DNA of 64,000 nucleotides from an uncultured Candidatus Entotheonella sp. (GTDB taxonomy: Bacteria > Tectomicrobia > Entotheonellia > Entotheonellales > Entotheonellaceae): contig CBDCDA010000002.1 of assembly GCA_965215335.1 (NCBI GenBank), positions 608,001 through 672,000 on the forward strand. The letters are read 5' to 3'. Position numbers and translations under genes: made by a program. Below are positions 9,013 to 18,222 of this stretch, in pieces. The notes below the pieces were generated by a model. It was not told where the DNA came from and did not search any database. It saw nothing but the letters and a program-made list of their open reading frames with translations. Every line of letters begins with the position of its first letter. The first letter of the stretch is position 1.

Positions 9013-9878
9013 TGGCAGGCAGGAGCCGCGATGATATGGCTGCGTTGGAAGCCGAACGACTGATCAGGGAGCAGGAGATCAAAAGCCTTCCGGTAGACCC
9101 AACAGCAATTGCGGAGTCGCTAGGAATCCTGGTCGAACCAAAATTAACAAAGGGCGGGGTTTCCGGAATGCTGGTTCGAGCGGGCGACGAGTTTGGTATT
9201 GCCTACGCCACCCATATCGAGAGCGAAGGATTCAAACGGTTTTGCATTGCGCATGAGATCGGGCATTACCGAATACCAGGCCACATAGATGCCGTTTTGG
9301 CGCATGGAGATATCCATGAGTCGCATGCCGGATTCGTGCAAGACGACGCCTACGAACGAGAGGCTGATCATTTTGCCGCGTCACTTTTAATGCCGGGTGA
9401 ACTTTTTACCAAGGAGATGCGATTAGTTGGGGATGGCTTGCAAGCGATCGAGGATCTTGCCGACCGCTGCATCACGTCGTTGCCTGCAGCTGCCATTCGC
9501 TATGTCAAAAGGGCTGAGGTGCCTGTAGCCATGGTCATTAGCACGGGACCGCGAATTGACTATTGTTTCATGTCGGCTCCCTTGCAGGAATTCGGCTCCC
9601 TAGATTGGCCACGTAAAGGCCAGCGTCTGCCGGGAGGTTCTGAGACGGATGAATTCAATTCAGAACCGGAGAACATACGAGCGGCCCGGCGCGCCGAGGC
9701 CGAAGTCAACTTGCGAATATGGTTCGGCGGTCAGCGCGAGATACCCGGAATAGAAGAGATAATAGGGCTGGGACGATACGGAAAGACGCTCACCATTTTG
9801 TCCTCAGAGATAGATGCTGACGTCGAAGACGAACAAGATGAACTGGAAGAAAGCTGGACACCCCGGTTTCGCCGTTAG
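9009..9878 (+). CDS. ImmA/IrrE-family Zn metallopeptidase (CapP-like)
   Basis: RFCIAHEIGH (HExxH), EREADHFAASLLMP; start overlaps the HTH stop. Confidence 0.92.
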   Translation: MMAGRSRDDMAALEAERLIREQEIKSLPVDPTAIAESLGILVEPKLTKGGVSGMLVRAGDEFGIAYATHIESEGFKRFCIAHEIGHYRIPGHIDAVLAHGDIHESHAGFVQDDAYEREADHFAASLLMPGELFTKEMRLVGDGLQAIEDLADRCITSLPAAAIRYVKRAEVPVAMVISTGPRIDYCFMSAPLQEFGSLDWPRKGQRLPGGSETDEFNSEPENIRAARRAEAEVNLRIWFGGQREIPGIEEIIGLGRYGKTLTILSSEIDADVEDEQDELEESWTPRFRR

Positions 9879-10125
9879 AGATGGTTAAGGGTGTCATCCC
9901 GATTGGTTCGAAAATTCCGCTAGGCGTATGGTCCCGATTTTGAAGTTCTTTTTGAAGCTCTGATGATGATATGGGACAGTTTTCCCAATAAGATCAACGT
10001 GGCGCCAAAAAAGCCTGGCCGTTCGAGCCACTGGTGCCGAGCGCCGAAACGCCCGCTGCCATACGCAAAGCTCGCCGCAAGAGCGCCCGGACCGCTGAAA
10101 ACATCAAAAACCCGAAGAACTCAAC

Positions 10126-13100
10126 ATGACGGCCGAAGTGCCCATCCACGAAGGACAAGTCCTGACCGGCCCGCTGTTCAACGAGCCGATGCGGGTGGAA
10201 ACCGTGCGCCCAAACGGGCCCGGCATCTGGGTCGCCGGTCTCGTCGGCCAGCGGTCCGAGCAGTTCCGCCAAGTCGTGCTCGGCACGGATGACCTCTCGA
10301 ACCTGACCATTGCCGACGCCGCGTTTTCCTACGGAGGCGACGGCCGACCTCTGCGGGTCGGCCTGCAAGCCTACGCCCTCGGTATCGCCTACGAGTTCGA
10401 TCCCTATTTCGGGCTTTCCATCTCGCGCGTGGACCCACTGCCGCACCAGTTGGAGGCCGTCTACGAGTACCTGCTCAAGTTGCCCAGCGTGCGTTTCCTG
10501 CTCGCTGACGACGCCGGCGCCGGCAAGACCATCATGGCCGGCCTTCTCATCCGCGAGCTCAAGCTGCGGGGCCTCGTCGAGCGGGTTGGGGTCGTCTGCC
10601 CGGCCAACCTGACGTTCCAGTGGCAACGCGAGCTCAAGGAAAAGTTCGACGAGACCTTCATCGTCTTCAAAGGCAGCGATATCCGCGACCAGTTCGGTGT
10701 CAATCAGTGGATAGAGCAAAAGCAGGTCATCACCTCACTCGATCTTGCCAAGCGCAAGGACGTCCTGCCCGGCCTCAAGCAGGTGCACTGGGACCTGGTC
10801 ATCGTCGATGAGGCGCACCGCATGTCGGCGCGCGACGAGACCCACAAAAGCCAGCGTTACGCCCTGGGCGAATTGCTGCGCGACCGTGCCGATCACATCC
10901 TGCTGTTGACCGCGACACCCCACAAGGGCGACCCGCAGAACTTCACGCTGTTCCTGCAACTGCTCGACCGGGACGCTTACGCCGACGTGCGGTCGATTCG
11001 CGAGGCGATGGAGCGGCAGCGAGCCCCCTTCTACCTGCGCCGCACAAAGGAGGCGATGGTCTATTTTCCAGAGCACCAGGCAGATGGCTCATGGGTCGCA
11101 CAGCCGGTATTCACGAAACGCATTCCTCACACCGCCGCCTTCGCCATCGACGGCGCTGAGTTCGATCTGTATGAGAAGATCACACGCTTTGTGAAGCGCC
11201 AGAGTGCCCGCGCCGCGGCGCAGGGCGATGACCCTCGCGCCCGGGCCATCGGATTCCTGATGTCACTGTACCAGCGGCGCCTGGCTTCCAGCACCTATGC
11301 CATGCGGCGGTCGCTGGAAAACCGGGCCAAACGGTTGGAGGATGGCCTCAAGCACGCCCAGGAACTGGTGCGCACCGCACCGCCGGACCTCCCCGATCTG
11401 GAAGAGATCGAGGAGCTTGAGGACGCTGAGCGTGAACGCCTGGAGCGCATGCTGGAAGCGATCACGCTGGCCGGCAATGCCGATCAGGTGCGCAAAGAGA
11501 TCGGCGAGCTGCGGGAGCTTGCAGAAGACGCCAAGGTCGTCGAAGGCTCGCGCAGCGAAGCGAAGCTCGCCCGACTCCGGGATATTCTTCAACAGGAGGG
11601 GTTCTTTGACCGCCCCGATCAACGTCTGCTGCTTTTCACCGAGTTCAGGGACACCCTCGACCACTTGATGGAACAGTTGCGGGCCTGGGGCTTCCGGACA
11701 GGCTGCATTCACGGCGGCATGAAGTCCGGTTCACGCGACGAACCCGGCACCCGCCTGCATGTCGAGCAGCAATTCCGTGACGGGCATATCCAGGTCCTGG
11801 TGGCCACCGAAGCGGCCGGCGAAGGCATCAACCTGCAGTGTTGCCACATTCTGTTCAACTACGACATCCCCTGGAACCCGAACCGACTCGAACAGCGCAT
11901 GGGCCGCATTCACCGCTACGGACAGCGGCAGGACTGCCTGATATTCAACTTCGTAGCCACCAACACCATCGAAGGACGAGTACTCCAACGTCTCCTGGAC
12001 AAGCTGCGGGAAATCCGCGACGCCCTTGATGACGATGCCGTGTTCAACGTGGTGGGCGAGGTCTTGCCGGCCGCTCATGTGGAGCGTGTCCTGCGTGACT
12101 ATTATGCGGGCAAGCTGGGCGACGCCGATCTCGAGGAGCGCCTCCTGAAGGACGTCGATGAGAAGCACTTCCGCAACATCTGTCAAACAGCACTGGAAGG
12201 CCTGGCGGCCAAAAGGCTCAATCTCGACATGCTCATCGAGCGCCGGGCGCGGGCGCAGGAGCGGCGCGTCGTGCCCGAGACCATCGCGCGTTTCATCACG
12301 GAATGCGCCCAGGATGCCGGCCTGGCGCTGCGGCCCGCAGGCAACTTGGCACATACATTCGAGCCGGGCCGCACACCGCCCGGCCTGAAGAAGTACGAGC
12401 GCGAGCCGGGCTGGAAACTCCCGGCGCTGGCGGTGCGCTATCCGCGGTTATCGACCGACCGCGATGCGGCCGAGGCAAACAACCTCGAATGGGTGACCCC
12501 CGGCCACCCGCTTTTCGAGGCCCTGCGCCGGCACAGCCTTGAGCGCAGCCAGGAAGCCTTCGCCAAGGGCGCCTGTTTCCATTCGCTGGCGCACGACGCC
12601 CCGGCGCGCCTGGATTTCTACCGGGCGCGGGTCGTGGACGGCCTTGGGCACGTCATCCACGAGCGGCTGTTCGCCCTGGAGTTGGCGCCCGACGGCACGC
12701 CTTGTCTTCGTGAGCCGGACGTTCTGGGCAATCTCAGCCCCACTTCGGCCGTTCCCGATCTGCCGCCTGTGGCCGCTTTCCCGGAGGCAACGGGCTGGCT
12801 CCATCACAACGCCCTGGTGCACTTTGTCAACGAGGTCCGTGCCGAACGCCTGGCCGAGGTCGAGCGTATTGCGAAACACGTCCAGCTTTCCCTGACCGAG
12901 GTTTTGCAGCGTATCGACGACGAGATCGGTCGCGCCGCCGCGGAAGTCGAAGCCGGCGTCACCGGTGCCGAGGGCCGCCTTGCGCAGGCCGAAGCCCGGC
13001 ACGCCGAGGTCATGGCGCGCCGCCAGCGGCGGCGCGAAGAGCTCGAACGGCAGCAGGCGGTGACCCTGCAGGGCGTCGAGCGGATGGCCAGCGTGCTCCT

Positions 13101-13566
13101 CCTGCCCCACCCCGAACGCGAAACCCCGGAGGTGCGGCGCCTGCGCCCGAACCCCGAAACCGAAATGACGGCCATGCGGGTGGTCATGGCATACGAGGCC
13201 GCGCAGGGGCGCGAGGTGCGCGACGTACATAAAGAGAACCTCGGCTACGACGTCAGGAGTCTCGATCTGCAATCGGGTGAGTTGCGCCTGATCGAGGTCA
13301 AGGGCCTCGCGGGTTCTACCGGCAGCGTCCTGCTGACCCCCAACGAGCGTGGTGTGGCGGAGGATCGCCGGGATTGTTACTGGCTCTACGTGGTAACCAA
13401 CTGCGCAAACGACCCGGAACTTCAGGAGCCGGTCCGCGACCCGGCCAGCTTCGCATGGCGTGAAGTGACCAAGGTGCAGCATTACTGGCTGGACGTGCAT
13501 GCGCTGCAGCAGCCGATGGAGGTGCGGGAAGACGGGGGGATCTACAGCGGTACGAACGGGCTGTGA
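10126..13566 (+). CDS. SNF2/SWI2-family helicase with C-terminal DUF3883-like PD-(D/E)xK nuclease domain
   Basis: LLADDAGAGKT, IVDEAH, LLLTATPH, AAGEGINLQ, WNPNRLEQRMGRIHRYGQ; C-terminal GYDVRS...IEVKG. Confidence 0.92.
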   Translation: MTAEVPIHEGQVLTGPLFNEPMRVETVRPNGPGIWVAGLVGQRSEQFRQVVLGTDDLSNLTIADAAFSYGGDGRPLRVGLQAYALGIAYEFDPYFGLSISRVDPLPHQLEAVYEYLLKLPSVRFLLADDAGAGKTIMAGLLIRELKLRGLVERVGVVCPANLTFQWQRELKEKFDETFIVFKGSDIRDQFGVNQWIEQKQVITSLDLAKRKDVLPGLKQVHWDLVIVDEAHRMSARDETHKSQRYALGELLRDRADHILLLTATPHKGDPQNFTLFLQLLDRDAYADVRSIREAMERQRAPFYLRRTKEAMVYFPEHQADGSWVAQPVFTKRIPHTAAFAIDGAEFDLYEKITRFVKRQSARAAAQGDDPRARAIGFLMSLYQRRLASSTYAMRRSLENRAKRLEDGLKHAQELVRTAPPDLPDLEEIEELEDAERERLERMLEAITLAGNADQVRKEIGELRELAEDAKVVEGSRSEAKLARLRDILQQEGFFDRPDQRLLLFTEFRDTLDHLMEQLRAWGFRTGCIHGGMKSGSRDEPGTRLHVEQQFRDGHIQVLVATEAAGEGINLQCCHILFNYDIPWNPNRLEQRMGRIHRYGQRQDCLIFNFVATNTIEGRVLQRLLDKLREIRDALDDDAVFNVVGEVLPAAHVERVLRDYYAGKLGDADLEERLLKDVDEKHFRNICQTALEGLAAKRLNLDMLIERRARAQERRVVPETIARFITECAQDAGLALRPAGNLAHTFEPGRTPPGLKKYEREPGWKLPALAVRYPRLSTDRDAAEANNLEWVTPGHPLFEALRRHSLERSQEAFAKGACFHSLAHDAPARLDFYRARVVDGLGHVIHERLFALELAPDGTPCLREPDVLGNLSPTSAVPDLPPVAAFPEATGWLHHNALVHFVNEVRAERLAEVERIAKHVQLSLTEVLQRIDDEIGRAAAEVEAGVTGAEGRLAQAEARHAEVMARRQRRREELERQQAVTLQGVERMASVLLLPHPERETPEVRRLRPNPETEMTAMRVVMAYEAAQGREVRDVHKENLGYDVRSLDLQSGELRLIEVKGLAGSTGSVLLTPNERGVAEDRRDCYWLYVVTNCANDPELQEPVRDPASFAWREVTKVQHYWLDVHALQQPMEVREDGGIYSGTNGL

Positions 13567-13585
13567 AGGAAGGAGGGATGCGGCA

Positions 13586-13972
13586 ATGGATGCGAAATAC
13601 AAGCACCTCGAATTTATCCAGGGCGTGATCAACCGTCTCGCCACTGATTCGTTTCGTATAAAAGGGTGGGCTGTGGTCCTGGTTTCAGCCTTGCTGGTCC
13701 TGTTCGCCAGAGAAGACCGCGGCGGGTTCGTTTGTATTGGGTTTGTTCCGGTGTTCGTGTTCTGGGGCCTCGATGGCTATTTCCTCTGGCAAGAACGCTT
13801 GTTTCGAGACCTCTACGATTATGTCCGAACCTTGGACGGATCGGAGGTCGATTTCTCAATGAACATCGGAGCGTTCAAGCGAACTTGGTTGGGTGCAACA
13901 TTTTCAAGAACGTTGGTTCCCTTCCACCTAGCATTGGCTCTGTCGGTCGGTCTTGCAGTGATGATCAGTTAA
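13586..13972 (+). CDS. Small multi-pass membrane protein, putative TIR-coupled effector
   Basis: KHLEFIQGVINRLATDSFRIKGW followed by ~3 hydrophobic segments; AGGAGG RBS; directly upstream of the TIR gene. Confidence 0.75.
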   Translation: MDAKYKHLEFIQGVINRLATDSFRIKGWAVVLVSALLVLFAREDRGGFVCIGFVPVFVFWGLDGYFLWQERLFRDLYDYVRTLDGSEVDFSMNIGAFKRTWLGATFSRTLVPFHLALALSVGLAVMIS

Positions 13973-13995
13973 ATGAAGAAGGGGGTCTTACCTAA

Positions 13996-14487
13996 ATGAA
14001 ACGCCGGGTGTTTTACAGTTTTCACTATAAACCGGACAGTTGGCGGGCTGCTATGGTACGCAACATCGGCAGCATTGAAGGGAATAATCCCGCCTCCGAC
14101 AATGACTGGGAAGTGGTGAAGAGAGGCGGTGATGTAGCCATAAAACGGTGGATTGATGGTCAGATGAACTACCGTTCCTGCACAGTCGTATTGGTTGGAT
14201 CGAGGACGGCAAACCGCAAGTGGATTAATCACGAAATCGTCAAATCCTGGAAGGACGGCATGGGTGTGGTAGGGATTCATATTCACGGATTGGAAGATAT
14301 GAACAGCCAAACGGCATGCAAGGGGGCCAATCCATTTTCCTTTATTACGGTCTCTAATAGCCCTCTATCCTCAATAGTGGAATGCCATGACCCAAAGGGC
14401 CGCAGCAGCAGGGAACGATACGGTTGGATCTCCCAGCATCTTGCCAACGCGATCGAGGAGGCCATACGCATCCGAAAACAATACTGA
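13996..14487 (+). CDS. TIR-like domain protein (DUF1863 / ThsB-like)
   Basis: RRVFYSFHY, SDNDWEVVK, SCTVVLVGSRTANRKWINHEI (catalytic Glu), GVVGIHIH, GANPF. Confidence 0.9.
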   Translation: MKRRVFYSFHYKPDSWRAAMVRNIGSIEGNNPASDNDWEVVKRGGDVAIKRWIDGQMNYRSCTVVLVGSRTANRKWINHEIVKSWKDGMGVVGIHIHGLEDMNSQTACKGANPFSFITVSNSPLSSIVECHDPKGRSSRERYGWISQHLANAIEEAIRIRKQY

Positions 14488-14543
14488 GTGTTATTGACCG
14501 GTTGGGGTAGAAACCGGTCTTATCGACTTTCGGGGGAGAGTCT

Positions 14544-17526
14544 ATGGTCCCCAGAGCCTGCAAACGCCTCGCCGAGGCGGACTTCCCGATTGCCGAGGTG
14601 TCAAGGCACGCCGCCCGGGAAAAGTCGATCCGGCACGGGCATCCGTCCACCCTGCACCTGTGGTGGGCGCGGCGGCCGCTGGCCTCGTCGCGGGCGGTGC
14701 TGCTGGCGCTATTGCTGCCCGACCCGTGCGATCCGCACTGCCCGGAAGCGTTCAAGAAAGAAGCGCGTACACACCTTCCAGCCGTCGGCTGCGACGAAGG
14801 CAGGACCGACAAAGACCTGCAGCGCGGCCTGCTGAAGTTCATCGCCGACTTTCGCCAACTGGGACGTGGCTGCCCATCCCGCCTACCTTGCAGCCGGCCG
14901 CGCCCTGGTGCGGGCCGCGCACGGTGAGGAGCCACCCCTGGTGGTGGACCCGTTCGCGGGCGGCGGCTCGATCCCGCTGGAGGCGCTGCGGCTGGGCTGC
15001 GAGGCGTTCGCCAGTGACCTCAATCCGGTGGCGTGTCTGATCCTCAAGGTGATGCTCGAAGACATCCCACGCCACGGGCCGGAACTGGCGGATGAACTCC
15101 GGCGCGTGGGCGCGGAGATCAAGGCAAAGGCTGAAATGGATCTGGCCCATCTCTATCCGAAGGACGCGGATGGGGCGACGCCGATTGCCTACCTGTGGGC
15201 CAGAACCGTGCGCTGCGAAGCGCCGAACTGTGGCGCGGAAATCCCGCTGCTGCGTTCGTTCTGGCTGTGCAGGAAGCCCAAGCGCAAGCGGGCGCTGCGA
15301 CACCGAGTCGAGCGCCGCGAGGGTGGACCGCCGCACGTCGAGTTCGAGGTGTTCGAGCCACAGGCGGACAAAGAGGTACACGGCGGCACGGTAGCGCGGG
15401 CGCGGGCGACCTGTCTGTGCTGTGGCGCGGTGCTGCCGCCGGAGCGGGTACGGGCGCAGCTCGCCGCGCAAAAGGGCGGCGCCGACGTGGTCTTCGATGC
15501 GTCGGGCCGACGGACCGGCGGGGCGCGCCTGACCGCGGTGGTAACGCTCAAGCCCGGACAGGCCGGGCGGCATTACCGGCTGCCGGCAGACGCCGACTAC
15601 GCGGCGGCATGCCGGGCGCAAGCACGGCTGGCGGAGATCCTCGGCGAATGGGAACGCGGCGGCAAGCAGGGGCTTTGCCCGGTGCCGGATGAGCCAACTC
15701 CAACCAAAGACACGCACCGTGCTGTCGGGAGTCAACTTCCTTTGTACAACATGACTATATTCGGCGACCTCTTCACGGCGCGGCAGAAGGTGGCGTTGGC
15801 GGCATTGGCACATCTACTCCTGAAGGCGGATGGCTCAGCCGGTGCACGATCAGTATTGGCTTTGAGCATAAGTCGGCTTTCAGACATTGCGAACTGCCTC
15901 TGTTGCTGGGAGAACACCAAGAATCAAGTACGACATCTTTTCACTCGACAGGCAATTCCTATGGTTTGGGATTTCGCCGAGGCCAGTTTCTTTGGCGGGC
16001 AGGCGGGAGATTACTCAACCACCCTAAATACGATGATTCACGTGGTTGACCAACTTTCAAGGTGCTATGTGGAGCAAGGCCAAATCCAACCCGCAGACGC
16101 GACCGTCCATCCGCTGCCCGACCAGACCGCTGGAGTCTGGTTCACCGATCCGCCGTATTACGACGCGATTCCTTATGCCGACCTTTCCGATTTCTTCTTG
16201 GTTTGGCTCAAACGCTCCCTACCTGGTCACTCCCTACTGCGCGACCCGTTCGACTCGGATAATCCGCTTTCGCCCAAGATTCGCGAGGCAATGCAGGACA
16301 AAACCAAGCGTGCCGACGGCCGACCTAAGGATCGCGAATGGTTCGAGGAGACGATGGCCAAGACGTTCGCCGAAGGCCGCCGCGTGCTCAACGAAGACGG
16401 CGTTGGCTCCGTCGTCTTCGCCCACAAGACCACCGAGGGCTGGGAGGCACTGCTCTCCGGCATGATTCGCGGCGGCTGGACCCTCACCGGCTCCTGGCCG
16501 ATTGCGACCGAGATGGGCACCCGACTCAACGCACGCGATACCGCATCTCTTGCCACCAGCATCCACCTCATCTGCCGCCCACGCCCCGAGAACGCTCCCG
16601 TCGGCGACTGGGCCCATGTCCTGCGCGAACTGCCGGGCCGCGTCGCCGACTGGATGGACCGGCTGCAAGATGAAGGCGTGCGCGGCGCCGATCTCGTCTT
16701 CGCCTGCATCGGCCCGGCCCTGGAAATCTTCAGCCGCTATCAAGCCGTCGAAACCGCCGACGGCCGCCCCATCGGCCTGCCCGAATACCTGGAAAAAGTC
16801 TGGGAAGTCGTGGGCCGCACCGCGCTGAATGAAATACTCGGCGCCGCGGAAGCTCAAGCGCGCAACGGCTTCAGCGGCGCCCTGGAAGAAGACGCCCGCC
16901 TGACCGCGCTCTTCCTGTGGACCCTCCAGAGCACGGACACCACCCAGGAAAACGACCAGCCGGAACAGGAAGACGACACCGGTGACGACGACGGCACCGC
17001 CAGGACCGCAGCCAGAGGCTTCAGCCTGCCCTTCGACGTGGTGCGCCGCTTCGCCCAGCCCATGGGCATTGACCTGGACGCCTGGACCGGCCGCATCATC
17101 GGTCAGTCAAAGGGCGTGGTGCGCCTGCTGCCGGTGGCGGAGCGGGCGAAAGATCTATTTGGCGAAAATGATTCGGGTGTTGCCGCCGACTGGATCGAGA
17201 ACGACCCAGGCACCAACATACAGACGACACTCTTCCCCGAACTGGACGCTGCGCGGAAGCCAAGAAACCGCCGCCGTGGCCGGAAGAGCGTCCTTGACAG
17301 CGATGCGGACCTTCGGGCGATCGACGCCACTACGCTGGACCGAGTACACGCGGCGATGTTGCTGCAAGCCAGCGGCCATTCCAACGCACTACGGACGCTG
17401 ATCGGCGCCGAGCAGGAACGCGGCCCCTACTTCCTGCGACTGGCCAACGCGCTGTCTGCCCTGTACCCGCGCGGCAGTGCGGAAAAGCGCCTGCTTGATG
17501 CCATGCTGCTGGCCGTGCCGAGGTGA
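14544..17526 (+). CDS. DUF1156-family adenine DNA methyltransferase; one +1 frameshift at the T-run 14850-14852
   Basis: [29 protein letters not shown] (SAM motif I), TDPPYYD (N6-amino MTase motif IV); removing one T restores ...FIADFANWD and joins ORFs 14544 and 14866. Confidence 0.88.
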
Positions 17527-17581
17527 TCACGACACACCTTGCCTTGAACATGAGGCTTTCGCAGAGCACAAGGAGAGAACC

Positions 17582-17827
17582 ATGCTCCGTACCTATCACG
17601 CAACGATGTCGTGGGATGAGGAAGCTGCGGTCTGGTACGTGTCGGACACCGATTTTCCGGGGCTGGTCGCCGAAGCCGACACGCAGCGGGAATTGGTACG
17701 CAAGATTCATCAGCTTGTCCCGGAGTTGTTCGAGGCCAACCGTCATCTGTTTGATGAATCGATATCTGAAACCCTGCCTCTGCGGTTGACTTCGAGCAGG
17801 CTTGAGGCGATCAAACTGGTCGATTGA
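17582..17827 (+). CDS. DUF1902 / HicB-like antitoxin
   Basis: WDEEAAVWYVSDTDFPGLVAEADT; AGGAG RBS; directly upstream of a HicA-like gene. Confidence 0.8.
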   Translation: MLRTYHATMSWDEEAAVWYVSDTDFPGLVAEADTQRELVRKIHQLVPELFEANRHLFDESISETLPLRLTSSRLEAIKLVD

Positions 17828-18021
17828 TGGCAAGCTACACGCGCTCCGTGAAGCGGGTTCTGAGGCAATCCGGCTGCTACCTCGTTCGCCAAGGACGGGG
17901 AGACCATGAGATCTGGTTCAGTCCGATTTCGGGCAAGAGCTTCCCCGTGGACAGCAATATCAAATCCCGGCATACCGCAAACGCCGTGCTCGCGCAAGCA
18001 GGTTTGCAAAAGGCATTTTGA
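17824..18021 (+). CDS. hicA: HicA-family toxin
   Basis: GCYLVRQGRGDHEIWFSP...SRHTANAVLAQAGL. Confidence 0.85.
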   Translation: MMASYTRSVKRVLRQSGCYLVRQGRGDHEIWFSPISGKSFPVDSNIKSRHTANAVLAQAGLQKAF

Positions 18022-18222
18022 CTTTCGGGCTGCTCGACGCCATGCTGCTGGCCGTGCCACGGCAGGTCAAAGCCACAAGCCACAGAAGGAAAAGACCATG
18101 ACGGCCGAGACCGAACTGCTTGCGCACCATCCAGATGCGATGCTCGAAGGCACGCTCATCGTGGTGACGCAAAACCGCGTGCGAATACGCTCCGGAGAAC
18201 ATGAGAAGAGAGGTCAGCCCTG

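Larger units (their letters stand above)
17491..18058 (+). repeat. 29-bp direct repeat (17491-17519 and 18030-18058) flanking the TA cassette
   Basis: CTGCTTGATGCCATGCTGCTGGCCGTGCC vs CTGCTCGACGCCATGCTGCTGGCCGTGCC, 27/29 identical. Confidence 0.9.

Noticed and set aside
13586..14487. Calling the TIR locus canonical Thoeris
   Set aside because: No ThsA (SIR2-SLOG or TM-Macro) is present; kept only as a Thoeris-like candidate
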